64,000 nucleotides of DNA from the NCBI GenBank assembly GCA_964016885.1, contig OZ024741.1, positions 86,428,001 to 86,492,000 of the forward strand, read 5' to 3'. Origin of the DNA: Eledone cirrhosa. Its lineage: Eukaryota. A program made the position numbers and the translations under genes. Of the stretch, positions 40,326 to 54,394 are shown in pieces. Below the pieces are notes generated by a model. The model was not told where the DNA came from. It made no database searches and saw nothing but the letters and a program-made list of their open reading frames with translations. Position 1 is the stretch's first letter, and the number at the start of each line of letters is the position of its first letter.

Positions 40326-40511
40326 TATTCAACAACACAATAGCAAGTATTTTAAGGCCATTCACCCAACTAAAGCAAGGTTTAGCCTTGTGCCCCCAAG
40401 GAACAGGGTCCTTTTTAAGACAATGTTTTACAACCAGATGTCTTTCCTAGCACCACTCCTTTTTGTCACCTCTTACAACAATTCAGTAAGATATAAAATA
40501 TTTGAACTTAC

Positions 40512-40646
40512 CATACCCCAAGCATAAACATTTTCATCAGGAATGAATTTATTAGGATATACATTCTCTAAGTACCATTTAAAACTTTTGCATTTTAAAT
40601 TTTGTCTAAGAGCCTTTCGTTCAGATAGATCACCACAATCTTTTCC
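40512..40646 (-). CDS. GALNT: GALNT exon (end of catalytic domain and linker)
   Basis: ttacAG acceptor and ATG|GTAAGT donor; 135 nt. [45 protein letters not shown] contains the [12 protein letters not shown] motif. Confidence 0.97.
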
Positions 40647-41923
40647 CTGTAAACAAAAATTATAACATATTATTGACAAACAATATTTGAACATATTTGA
40701 ACATTTTTTTTCAGGTTGGCTCTGAAAAAGTAGATCCATGCTCAAAGGCTTTCCAGCCATGACCATACCACTCATTTTTCAGGCTTCATTATTCAATGTA
40801 TTCTTTCATTTCTAACAGTTACACAGTTATTAAAATCAGTCAGTAACAACAATGTAACCATTGTCAAATAAAAAGTACTCAATATGAAACTAATGTAGAG
40901 TGAATATTTTTATTATTAGACAAAATTGACATTTACAATATGGTCATAATACTAAGCTCATCAAAATGCCAAGTTGCAATGAAATAAGGTTGAAATGTGA
41001 ATATAAAAAAGTCAACATGGTTTCTAATGCAAAACAAAGCAAATTGACATCATCATATTTTTGTTCTTTTTTTCATGCTCGCATGGACACAACGTTTTTG
41101 TGGTAGTATTCTAAAGACTTCCTGATATCAACCCATTAAAAATAAATTTAAGTATAGTACTTATGCTATTGATCAAACTGTTAAGCTGTGAGATACAAAC
41201 AAACGGCATCACTTGCTTAAACATTGTTAATGTGAAGACATATATGAAGACAGACATACATACACAGATACACATAAATGTATATATACAACGGACTTCT
41301 GCATGGTTTCCATCTACCAAATTTCACTCACAAGGTATTGGTAAGCCTAAGATATATCAGCAGGATAAAAACATGAGGTTTTAAAACACACTTCTTAACC
41401 ACAATATATAACATATATACATATGCTATCAGGGAAAGCGGACATTAATTTCTCACATATTGATAAATTGCTTTTACAAAATCCACGTTTAAAGTTTATA
41501 GGTATTGTTTTATTACTAATAATGGTTTCTGATTTAGACACAAGACCAACAATTTTTGGGGGGGAGGGAAAAGTAAATTAAATTGACCCCAGTGTATTAC
41601 TGGTACTTTATTTTATCAACCCGGTAAGGATGAAAGGCAAAGCTAACCTTGGCAGGATTTGAACTCAGAATGTAAAGGGTAATAACTATATGCTACAAAG
41701 CATGTTGTCCAATGCTCTACCGATACTGCCAATCTGCAGCACCTGATGGATTATTAATAATCATAACTTCCCCCACTCAGCAAATTAAATTGACAATGAC
41801 TTCAATATTAATTTATTCAAAAATGCAATAGTAATAATATCCCAATATCTTCTATATTGTACTACACACAATATGTTATTTCCAACTGATTTAAATTTTG
41901 TGAAGAGATAAATATATTCTTAC

Positions 41924-42021
41924 TAGTAGGTCACGTCTATGCATGTAAAATAATCGTCGGTACTCATCCATCCACACTTCAGCCAGACGCATTGAATTAA
42001 TACCATGGTAATCCTTTTTAC
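41924..42021 (-). CDS. GALNT: GALNT exon
   Basis: ttgcAG acceptor and CTA|GTAAGA donor; 98 nt. (S)KKDYHGINSMRLAEVWMDEYRRLFYMHRRDLL contains the RLAEVWMDEY motif. Confidence 0.97.
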
Positions 42022-43479
42022 CTGCAAGTAATTCCAATTAATATAATCATCATAAAATGCTTTAAAGTTAAAAGGTTGATAAAGATTAATTCATATAAAT
42101 ATCACAAACTAAAATGAATATTTTCTACTTTTTAGTTATTTGCAAATACCTATATCATATCATGAAAGTGTCGAATTGGCAGAGTCATTAGAACATTTGA
42201 TAGAATACTTTGTGGTTTTTGTTCTGTTTTTTTCTGCTCACTGAGTTCAAATCCTACTGGGGTCAACTTTGCCTCTCATCCTTTCAAGGTCAATAAAGAA
42301 CCAGTCTAGTATTGTGGTTGATTCTTCTCTCTGTTTGTTTCTTGGGTAGAAATCATCTGTGATCAGACTTGTAGAGGGGATGGGTTATGCCAATTTTAAA
42401 ATGCCCAAGAAATGCTATGTCATTATGGTGCCTCTACAATTTCCCCAAGAGTTACAGGTCCATACATATCATCATATATCTAAAAGCCTTAAACAAATGG
42501 TCATAGCAAAGAGAATAGTATTACAGCTGCTGCAAATAATACTTTAAGGCTCAATTCTGGTACTTGTGATTTTCAGCATTTACATTTGTCATTTTATAAC
42601 TTAACTTGGTGATTTCAATTTCAATATACACAATGATATCACATGATGATAGGAAGGGCATCCTGCCATAGAAAATCTGCCTAACAAAGAGTCGGGCGGA
42701 CTCTTCAGCAGTGTCAAAGACATATCAATCTCCCTAGTGCTGGTGCCAAAATAAAATGGGTGTGGAAATGTATTTAAGCAAGATGTAGGCTCCTGGTCCA
42801 ACAGAGATCAGTGACTCCATTTGAGTACTGATTCAGTCTGTGAAGATCAGTCTAGCCCTTGCTAGCAGGTAAGATGGATATTAAATGATCATGATGATGA
42901 TGTCAGTTAATACAATGACCATTGATGCCTTAAAAACACGAATGTGGTTGGTGTTAGGAAGGGCATCCAGCTGTAAAAACCTAGGCCAAATTTACAGTCG
43001 TCAGAGCAAGGTACAGCACGGATAATCCTGACCAGACTTGTCTTTTGACATGGACAACCCATCTGACCCATGCAAGCATGGAAACATGAACATTAAACAG
43101 TGATGATGATAAAGTATTTAAAATTGATCTGCATATGATCATTAATTACATTAACACATGTGGTGAAGTAATGGGAACCCGACTTAGAATTTAGAGCTAA
43201 AAACCTCTCACACAAGATTATAATATAATGAAAAATGTGGGAAGTAGAAAAGTAGAATGAAAAAAATAACCTTAATGAGTGAAAAAGAAAAACTAATTGA
43301 AGAAAGTGCTTGGATAATAATTGTAGTGTATTTCTAGTAGCTTTTCGTTACTATATTTCTAATGGTCAGGATTATCCGTGCTGTACCTTGCTCTGACAGG
43401 ACTGTAAATTTGGCCTAGGTTTTTACAGCTGGATGCCCTTCCTAACACCAACCACATTCGTGTTTTTAAGGCATCAATG

Positions 43480-44388
43480 GTCATCAAAAAGTCCTCTTGT
43501 GAACGTGACCTGGGCATTACTGTCAGCAACGATTTGCGTTGGACAAAGCATGTCTCTAAGATTGTCAAGAAGGCCGAGGGTGTCTTGGCATCACTCAGCA
43601 AGACCTTTGTTAGCCGCTCTCCAGCCATCTATTTAAAACTGTATACAGCTATGGTGCGACCACACTTGGAATTCGCATCATCAGTCTGGAACCCCTATCT
43701 TGCTCGGAACATTGACCTCCTGGAAACTGTTCAGAGACGTGCAACCAAGCGCATACCCTCCATCAGACACCTACCATACTCTGAACGCCTTGCTTCCCTG
43801 GGCATGGATTCATTGAGGCTCCGACGTCTGGCAATGGACTTGGTGAATACCCACAAAGTTTTTAACCATCTCACCAACTGCAACCCTGAGCGCCTCTTTG
43901 ATCTCCATGTGTCTAACACACGTGGACATGCCTACAAGATAAGAAAACAGCACAGCTCCCATGACTTTCGCAGACATTTTTTCACGCTCAGAGTTGCTGA
44001 AGCATGGAACAAACTGCCTGCGTCAATTGTTAGCTGCCGAGACACTGCATCCTTTAAGACACTCATGCTTCCCGAAATACGCCAACACTACACCTGATGT
44101 GCCCCTTCCATACACATGCACACATGTGTGTATCATGACTCGTGCACTGTTCATTTTACTGATGATTGTGCATTGCCCTATGTACTGTACATGCACTTTT
44201 TTGATGGGTTGTGGTGCACCTGGGCACTGTGCACAATATTTCATTATTGTTATTGTTATTATATCATGACTCATACACTGTTTATTTTCCTGACATTTGT
44301 ACATTATTCTATGTACTATACATGCACCTTTGATGAGTTGTAGTGCACCTGAGCACTGTACACAATAATTTCATTATTATTATTATTA
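43480..44388 (+). mobile_element. CR1-type LINE, 5'-truncated (RT C-terminus, 3' UTR, (ATT)n tail)
   Basis: ERDLGITVS..LYTAMVRPHLEFASSVWNP..LETVQRRATK..TRGH..FFTLRV..WNKLP. Confidence 0.92.
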
Positions 44389-46183
44389 TAAATTTCAAAT
44401 GATTTGGAAAATAATTAAGTATTTTGTTCTGTAACTAACTTTCTCATTATTACTTGCACTTGAAACATAACTTAAAGTTTCTTACATAAAATTACAATAA
44501 AAGGTTTTATGACTCATAGCTAATATGAGATCATATGTACAGATGGAAATATAATTATTTTACAAACATATTTTCAATAAAATACACAGTATAAAGGCCC
44601 ATTTAGAAATACTTAATATGTAGGTCTAAATCTTATCCTAATTTGTTTTAATCCTCATTGGGAAATGGAAATCCCCAGTAATATTTGTCAGACAATGTTC
44701 TTCCATTCATACAATGTTGTGGATGCATGGCCAAATGGTTAAGATGTTCACTTCACAATTATTAGGTCCTATGTTCAATCCCACTGCAAGTGTCATTAAC
44801 CATAGTCTTGGGTCGACCCTAACTTTGTGAGTGAAAGTGGGTAGAAAGAAACTTTTGGAAGCTCACTGGATGGACTGTACCTGTAATTTAAAAAGTCATG
44901 CTGAATCTCCCCGAGAACTACACTGCCATCCTATAACCCCAACCTTAAAGTAGAGAGGGCTCTTTAGTTGAGTCAATGTCTGACAATCTCCATAATGCTG
45001 ATGCCATGATAAAATGCACCCTGTCCACCCTGTAAGGCGGTTGGTGACTGGAAGGGCATCCAGCAGTAGAAACTACGCCAAAAAGGGTTGGTGCCACAAT
45101 AAAATGCATAGCATACTCTGTAGATTGCAGGAACATATATGAGCAAGATGAGATCCTGGCCTATCTGAGAGGACAGTGGCTCTGATTATTTAATTCTTGG
45201 TCTGTTATGACCTATCCAACCCTTCCTAGGTGAGAAAACAGATGTTAAATGATGATGTATGAGACATACACATACACACAAATCATATAAGTGACACAGA
45301 GGAGACTGAGGTTAACTGGACAGGCTCATCGACATTCAGAGTTAACACTGCAACCAGTGGTCTTGTTAGAGCTCCTACACGAACAGACTGGATGAGGGAG
45401 ACCAAGAATGACATATATTGATGCCCTAAGGATAGACACTGGTCTCTGGGAGACGCAGGACATAGTAGTGATGATGAAGGACAGAGACTGGTGGAGAGAA
45501 CTCATCCATGGATTCAGGAGTTTTACCCGTCTTAGATAGATAGATTGTATATAGTCAATATTTTATCAATCATATATAAGTAGAGGGCTACACATTCATA
45601 GAGGAAAGATGAGATATAGTGAATTAAACATATGACAGGCAGCGAATTGGCAGACTCATTAGAACATCGGATAGAATGCTTTATGGTATTTGTTCCGGCT
45701 TTCTGTTCTTGGAGTTCAAATCTCGCTGAGGTCAACTTTGCCTTTCATCCTTTTGAGGTTGATAAAAAAAGTACCAGTCTTGTACTGGGATCAATTCTTC
45801 CTCTATATCTCTTTCTTATTTTCTATCTTTCTCTGAAAGAAATCTGCTGTACTCAAGCCTGGAGAGGTATGGGCTCCACCAGGTTTAAATTGCCCAAGAA
45901 ACGCCATATGTCAATACGTTACGGGGCCATACATACATAGCATATGACAATTACTTATTTCTTCAACATCAAAGATAAATCTAATTCTAACAGAATTTGA
46001 ATACAAAATATAGGACTAGACTAAATACTGTCAGGTATTTAGTCGAATGTTTCATTGTTTGTGCCAAATACCCTGATTTTATTAACCTTAAAAATAAGAG
46101 AAGAGACATTTAAAAATTGATATTAAAGAAACTATGATAAAATTAAATATTTTTTCAGGCTTATAATTAAAATGGCTACTTAC

Positions 46184-46271
46184 TTGGGAATCCATATGGA
46201 TGTGCTGCTCTGAATATGTGACCTACTCTGGAACAAGGAAGAAATTCAAGAGAACCTCCACACATCCATAT
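46184..46271 (-). CDS. GALNT: GALNT exon
   Basis: tatttttAG acceptor and A|GTAAGT donor; 88 nt. [29 protein letters not shown] has the WMCGG..PCSRVGH motif including the metal-binding His. Confidence 0.97.
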
Positions 46272-49200
46272 CTAAAAATAAGCATGGTAATTTTCCTTAG
46301 GTATGAATCCATATAGTTATTTCTATCTAAATAGCATAACTAACTAGAGACGGAATGAAGGTATTGAGGTAAAATCCATCCTCTTGGCTCATATATCTTC
46401 TAGAATACTAATGTCTTTCAACATAACATCAAAATATCTATGAAGAGAAGAAATGAAAACAAGCCATCTTATGGCATTAAATGAAAAAAAAAATGTCATA
46501 CTCATATCTATGTAAATTTAGCTGGCCTTGTACGAAGCTGTTATTCATAGGAGTGTTCTTGGGTGTTTTAATGATAGGGGCTCCAATCCTATCATGTTAT
46601 TACAGCTCAACACCTATGCAGGTTTAGCTTGTTCCTATAAGGCTGTATCTCATAGGACATTTCTTGGGTGTTTTAATGATAATGGCCCCAGTTCTACCAT
46701 GAAAAGCAATGTGAAATGAACACAACACATCACTTGGTCCAGGAATTGAACTCACAACCTTGTGATTGTAAACCCAACACTTTAACTAGTGGGCCACTCA
46801 CTTTCACACTAAATCTACTCTCATGAGCAATAGTAATTTTTCAAATGAGTCCGTTATGTCTTTATGTGCTTTTGGATTTGGTTAACTTACGAAGTATTGA
46901 GAAATTTGAAATTATAGTCACCACAAAGCAGATACCTATAAATAATAGTTGAAGAAAGTGGAAAGAGGCAGAGATGCCGGGCATTTTTGTCCACTTTATC
47001 TTTCTCTGGGGGTACTTTACCCAATATATTCAACAATTATTGATATCATCTGAGCCAGATGCTCTATTGTTAAGTTTTCGGAAGGTTCACTTAATTTTCA
47101 ATGGAATATGTATGATCATTCAGCTTTATAGCTGACTTTTAAAAGCAGAAATACTTTGAGGGAATGAAATGATTAAATAACAAAACAACATATAAATACT
47201 TTCAGAAGTACTAACAAATGCATTAACAATAGAAATTGCGGTATATATATCCTTCCACAGCAATGCAATAATTCTCTATGGCAACAGCACATCAACAACG
47301 TTTAAGGCCATTTTCCCCAGTTAAAGCAGGGTTTAGATTTGTGGAGTCTATGATAGACTTCATACTCAACACAACCAAATGCCCCCGCCCCCAAAAGCTC
47401 CAACATAGCAACATATTATAGAGATGTTATAATTAATACAATGACATCAGCATATTTTTATGGTTACCAGTTGTAAGTGCAAACAATAAGGTCAAGACAC
47501 AGCACACAAATTACAGCAGTCATTCAGATACAACAGCTAACTTTACCATATAATTCATTAAATCTTTATTTAGAACACTCAATGCACACACCAACAACAG
47601 ATCTCTAATTCTCTGGCTAGACTCTTGCAGTAAGTCTGCATTTTCAGTAACACTGATAAAAGTAACATATTTATTTATTATACTAGCATCCTTAGCCAGA
47701 GTTGTTAGAATATTGGATAGAATGCAACTCTTTGTGTTCTCTGAGTTCAAATCCTGCCACGGTCAATTTTGACTTTCATCCTTTCAAGGCTGATAAAAAA
47801 AGTACCAGTTTAATACTTGGTCTATTCTTTCTCTATATCTTATTCTCACTTCTCTCCTTCTCTGGAAGAAATCAGTTCTGTTCAGACCTAGAGACAGGAT
47901 GGGCTATGCCAGGTTTAAAGTGCCCAAGACATGTCACAATGGCACCTCTGCAGCTCCACCATGAGATACAGGTTCATACATACATATATCTTGAGCCAAC
48001 TTTGGATGACTGGGAGTTGGAGGTTAATAGCTGCTTTCATGAAGCAATTTGGGAAGTTCAGGTGAGAAAGTAAGGTTTTAATTCCATGCAACGGAACAGC
48101 CAAATAAAATAACACAAAAAATTAAAATCAACAGCAAAACAAAAACAGACACACTCATAAATATGCATGCCCAGGATTCAAGAAACAATTACAGACTTAC
48201 TTTGTAGATGCATAAAAGTGTTAACGTGAAGGCTGAAATTTGTCAAAGGGCTTATGGTAGAGCAGTCATTATACAAAAACATTAACAAAGGAAACAAGTT
48301 TCCTTCCAACAAGATTTTACAATTCTTTGCTACCTTTCACATTATGAGGTCAGTAGTTCTGAGTAAGTGCTGACTAAGTTTGTGACAATACACCCAACCT
48401 TTGCTAGAAGGGAAAAATGAATGTTAAATGATGATGATGACGATATTGATACTAAGTGTAGAAATTGTAAACTGATATTTACAGTTCAATCATAGTTTAT
48501 CTATCACCAAAAAGAAATTATATCAAAGTTTTATGATAAATAATTTATTCTAGAAATACACAATGGTCTCCAATACCTGAGCCATCATCAGTATCATCAT
48601 CATTTCATGCCTGCTTTCTATGTTAGCATGGGTTGGATGGGTTGTCATGGTCTGAGATTAGACTGGTTGGGGAACCATGTCTTGCTTATATGTTCCATAT
48701 TTTGGCATGGTTTCTACAGCTGGATCACCTTCTTAATGCCAACAACTTTACATAGTATGCTTTTATTGTAGCACCAGCACTACCACTTTACAGAGTGTAC
48801 TGGGTGCATTTGGTTACTATTTATGACATGCATTTGTCTAAATCAGAGTTCAGTCTGTATTTGTATAGTGTCCTATACAAAATACTTTTAATTTTATTCA
48901 GAACAACTACCTGATGATGCAGTAGAAATGAAGAAGCTAATCTACAACCATAATATTTCAAAGCAAAAATAAAACGAAGAGATTACTGATAATAAAATTG
49001 CAGTTTAGATGCTAGTCAAAAAATAGATCTTAACATCCTGTTCCACATGAAACCTCATTTAAACTATTTTAACTCTTAACATCCTATGCCACATTGCATT
49101 AGCAAGACATGCTTGAAAAGTACAAAACAGCACTATGGTTACATTACATTCAAAATTAAAATATTCACTTTAATACTTCAAATTATCACAATGATCTATC

Positions 49201-49747
49201 GACTAGTAAAGATACTATAAACATTTACTACCAAATAACAATATACATCACATCAAAAATTAAAGTCTTTAGTTTACTGCAAATTTTCACAATATGTCTA
49301 CCAGTAAATATGTCCCCAAAAAATGAATACACATTTCAACAGCATTCTAATCAAAGTGTGGAGACACCCTGTATTTAAAACATTTGAATTAACAAACCCA
49401 TTTTTTAAATATTTTCCACTAAATTATTACAAGATGCTAAGAGTTAAGCATTTTCTCTTATTTGAAATCAATTAGCTTTATATCCAGTTAGTTGAATACT
49501 CATATCAATTTAATATTTTTCACTCTGGTATTATCCACATCCTAAAGGCCTGTCCACCACTTCAAGGTTAGAAAACATTTAAAATCAAAACAGTTGCTGA
49601 CAAAATACAAGACCTTGCAGTAAAGTATTGCTAACCTATAGGTAGAGGTATGACTATGGTTAAAAAATTTATTTTGCAACTACTTGGATCCAAGTTCAAT
49701 CCCACTGTGCAGCACATATACCTTGTGAGAGAAATTTGCAGAAGCCC

Positions 49748-49823
<76 letters not shown>

Positions 49824-50309
49824 TGTGAGTGTGTGTGTCTTTCACTGATATACATTGGCAAGAAAACCAAATAGTTGGTCTTTTTCAACAAAATCTTGTG
49901 TTAATATATGTTCTGCACTGAGTTACACAGATACTCTCTCATCTCCCTTGCAATCAGAAATGTTGTGAACCAATGATTGTCCTGTTGGATACCTCTAACC
50001 AACGATGCTACTGTTTGCAAATTGTGATTAAAAAACAACTTTTTAAGTGAAAGTATCTAGAAAAGAACGGTTTTCTGATGTAAAAATATTCATCACATCC
50101 ACCCACCAAAACAGTTGTCTGATTTACTCGAAAACCTTCACACACTGTAAATAGAAACATAAATTCACTTACCCTGCCAGTGTCAATCCAACTCTAAACA
50201 TCACATATCAAGTGGCATAGATCATCTATGAACTCTACCAACCCAACTCTGCTCAGAAATCAGCCATATACTACGATAGCCAATAGAGAAAGTGGCTCTG
50301 ACCTGTGGT

Positions 50310-51165
50310 AGTCTCCTTCCACTTATGTGATGTCACAGCCCTCCATAATTCCTGTAAGACCCTCTGTTAGTCCCCTTCCACTTATGTGATGTCACAGCCC
50401 TCCATAATTCCTGTAAGACCCTCTGTTAGTCCCCTTCCACTTATGTGATGTCACAGCCCTCCATAATTCCTGTAAGACCCTCTGTTAGTCTCCTTCCACT
50501 TATGTGATGTCACAGCCCTCCATAATTCCTGTAAGACCCTCTGTTAGTCCCCTTCCACTTATGTGATGTCACAGCCCTCCATAATTCCTGTAAGACCCTC
50601 TGTTAGTCCCCTTCCACTTATGTGATGTCACAGCCCTCCATAATTCCTGTAAGACCCTCTGTTAGTCTCCTTCCACTTATGTGATGTCACAGCCCTCCAT
50701 AATTCCTGTAAGACCCTCTGTTAGTCCCCTTCCACTTATGTGATGTCACAGCCCTCCATAATTCCTGTAAGACCCTCTGTTAGTCTCCTTCCACTTATGT
50801 GATGTCACAGCCCTCCATAATTCCTGTAAGACCCTCTGTTAGTCTCCTTCCACTTATGTGATGTCACAGCCCTCCATAATTCCTGTAAGACCCTCTGTTA
50901 GTCCCCTTCCACTTATGTGATGTCACAGCCCTCCATAATTCCTGTAAGACCCTCTGTTAGTCTCCTTCCACTTATGTGATGTCACAGCCCTCCATAATTC
51001 CTGTAAGACCCTCTGTTAGTCCCCTTCCACTTATGTGGTGTCACTGCCCTCCATAATTCCTGTAAGACCCTCTGTTAGTCCCCTTCCACTTATGTGGTGT
51101 CACTGCCCTCCATAATTCCTGTAAGACCCTCTGTTAGTCCCCTTCCACTTATGTGGTGTCACTGA
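50310..51165. repeat. 59-bp minisatellite, about 14.5 copies
   Basis: Unit ccttccacttatgtgatgtcacagccctccataattcctgtaagaccctctgttagtc(c/t). Confidence 0.97.
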
Positions 51166-51656
51166 TCTTCATACTTCCAACACACCACCTATAACTCCAC
51201 ACTCACTAACACACAACAGCTACCAGCACACTGATACAATATCTCCAGCTACTTCAACAATTGTTCTTACTCTCCTTAACTAGCTATCTATATACTACCC
51301 TACAGAAGCTCACTTAAATCCCTTGTTTCTCTTTGTCTCATTATGCCTTGTGTATCACATCCTCTAAACTCCATAATAAACAGTTCTCTCAAACTGTTAT
51401 CCTCTGAATTGTAATTCCCTGCAACTCCCTACTTGCCATGTTTTCCCCACAGAAGTTTAAGCTGAACATCAAGAACATTAATTTCCTTATTCTAGGAATA
51501 CCTGCAAAGGAAATGGACAATGCCACCCCACCATATACTAAAATATACTAAAAAATGACTGTTGAAGTAAAAAATATAAAAATATTATACCAGCAAAATT
51601 ATGTTTTACTTCTTTAGTTTCAAAAATTTGTTTCAATCTTAGAAAATATTGCTTAC

Positions 51657-51774
51657 TCGGAATGAAATTTCCAAATTTTCTCCACCCCAAATTTCCATAC
51701 CAGGATCATAAGCTCCAATATCAAAGAAAAATTTACGATTAAGTGCAAACAGTCCACCAGCCATTGTTGGTGAT
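51657..51774 (-). CDS. GALNT: GALNT exon (Gal/GalNAc-T motif)
   Basis: ttgtAG acceptor and CGA|GTAAGC donor; 118 nt. (R)[39 protein letters not shown] contains the hallmark PTMAGGLF and WGGENLE motifs; phase fits the previous exon. Confidence 0.97.
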
Positions 51775-52859
51775 CTACAAGAAAATTAGGAAACCATTAA
51801 AAAAGTTAACAAAACTATAGCAATTACATTATCTAATTATAGGGGGGGGGGGGGGATTAAAATTAATTGAAGGTAAGGGAACCATGTAAGGAGGTTAGTG
51901 AAAAGAAGGGCATCCAGCTGTAAATACCATGCCCAAAAGAGTTGAGAGAACTCTCCAGTGTGTCAAAGGCACAGCAACCCCTCTAGTGTTGGTGACACAA
52001 TGAAATACACCTGATACACTCTGTAAAGTGTTTAGTAATAGGAAGGACATCCGGCTGTAGAAAACCTGCAAAACAAAGAGTAGAAAGGACACTACAGTTG
52101 TGTCAAGGGGACAATCACCTATCTAGTGCTGGTGCCATGATCACACATTTTTTATTGTTCTGAGTGCAGGAAGATGCAAGATGGATCCCAGTCTATCTAA
52201 GAAATCAGTGGCTCCGATTAAGTACTGACTTGGTCTGTGACAACCTGTCCAACACTTGCTAGCAGGGAAAACATGTTTAATGATGATGATTATGATGAAG
52301 AAATATATGTATATGAATAGATATTGGATTTAAAATGGAAGAAGAGGTAGGGCTTGGTGCATGGATTGTATGAATTAAGATAGGATGTTTTAGACTGAAT
52401 AAAAACTGTGACTGAAAAAATAGAGAAAAAACTTGTTAACATTCTCATAATAGAATGACCTAATTTGGGAACTGTTGGTATAATAGTAGAGTTAACATAG
52501 AATTCTAAGATCAAAAATAATTTGCCACTGCTGCTACCATTTTCCTTGCTAGGGAGAGTTGAACATGTCATCATAGACTGGTCAGTACTTAAGTGGAGCC
52601 ACTGACCTCTTGATAGCACATATCCTGCTTACATATGTTCTCATACTCTATTGATTGTTCTGATGGGCCAGGAAGCCAAATAAATGATCCCACACTCTAC
52701 AGAGTGTATTTTATTCTGACACCAACACTAGGGAAGTTGTCATGTCTTTGATACAGCTGAAGAATCCTCTCAACCTTTTGTTTGGCAGGTTTTCTATGGT
52801 TGGATGTCTTTCCTATCATCAACTATTTTACAGAATGTACTAATTGCATTTATCATGTA

Positions 52860-53510
52860 CTAAGAATGTAGGCTTCATATGTAGCAGCTGCGCTGGGACA
52901 GCAAGCAGCAGACAGCCACAGGAAACAAGCACCACCAAACTCTGGCAGGGCTCTGTAGAAACAGTAGACAGCTTCTGCTACCTAGGTGACCGAATTAGCA
53001 GCGGAGGTGGGTGTTTGGAAAGTACAATAACTAGATTAAGAACTTTTTCCTCAAAATGAAAGGCAGACAGTATGATGCGTGTATACGAACAGCAAAATTA
53101 CATGATAGTGGGACCTGGGTGCTGTCTGTAGAAGACTTGTGTAGATTAGAAAGAAACGAAGCCTGCATGCTCCGATGGATGTGTAATAGTAATATACGTG
53201 AACGGCAAAGCATAAACGAACTGAGAGAGAAACTGAGCATAAGAGGAATCAAATGCTGTGTGCAGGAGAGGAGGTTGCGTTGGTTTGGACATGTGATGCG
53301 TATGAAGGATGACAGCTGCATAAAAAGGTGCAGAGCACTAGAAGTCGATGGAAGCCGCGGTGTGGGGAAACCCAAGAAGATCTGGGATGAGGTGATAAAA
53401 GCCGACCTTACCCAATTGCACCTCTCAAGGGCAATGACACATGATCGTGACCTCTGGCGTCACACAGTAATACAGAAGATCCGACTTCCCACGGGAACAA
53501 GCCGAAGCTG
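52860..53510 (+). mobile_element. RTE LINE 3' fragment with small internal deletion
   Basis: CSSC..VDSFCYLG..LRWFGHVMRM..GKPKKIW; closely related to 6420-7083. Smaller RTE relics near 15500-15770, 33460-33680, 34200-34470(-), 35110-35535 and 62440-62690(-). Confidence 0.88.
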
Positions 53511-54394
53511 AAGCATATTGACAATATGCCCCCCTCCCCCTCCCACTGTAAAGTGGAAGTGTAGGCGCCACGGAAAAAAAGCACCCAGCACTCACTGTAA
53601 ATGAGGTTGGTGTTAGGAAGGGCATCCAGCTGTAGAAATCAAGCCAGAATCAGTTCCTGTATGAGCAAGACAAGGTCAGCCAACTGGACACTGCCCACAA
53701 CAGGACAACCCGTCTAACCCATGCTAGCGTGGAAGAACGGTCGTAAAACGGTGATGATGTAGATTACTAACACTAGAGAGGTTGTTGCACATCTGACACA
53801 CTGAAGATGGTTAATAAATATACATTATCAGGTGCCTTTTTTTAATGGCATCTGATAATGTCAGAAGGTGGAGAACAGTTGGATTAGTACAAAGAGCGGC
53901 TAAAATATAAATTGTTTTCTGTAAATTTGTGATTTGTGAAAAAGAAAAATATAGAAATTTGTAATTAACTGGAATATTTGTGGAATAGTTAAACAAGTGA
54001 AGTATGGAAAAACATTACATGATGTCTATAAAAAATATACAACTAATCTGTAACAATATCTGTAGTTAAAGCATTCTTTCATTTGTTAAATAAACACTTA
54101 ACAACATAAATATTATAAAATATAAGCACGTTGAACAGACAAATGTCAATTTAAAAACAGAGTGTACTAAACTATTGTAGATAACCTATTTATGTCATAC
54201 GCTGGTCTTACTGCAAACCTCTTAAAGCCCCTAAAAACAAAAAATCTCCATGTAGACAAGATGGCCCCTTTTTTTAAATAGTTGGTTAAATTAAAGTATT
54301 TCATCAAAGAGGATTTTTTAGCTATCTGCTGTACATAGTCAGCAGTCTTTTTCATTAGTGTAAGGCTTGGCAAAGAAGAATATCTTCTATTTAA

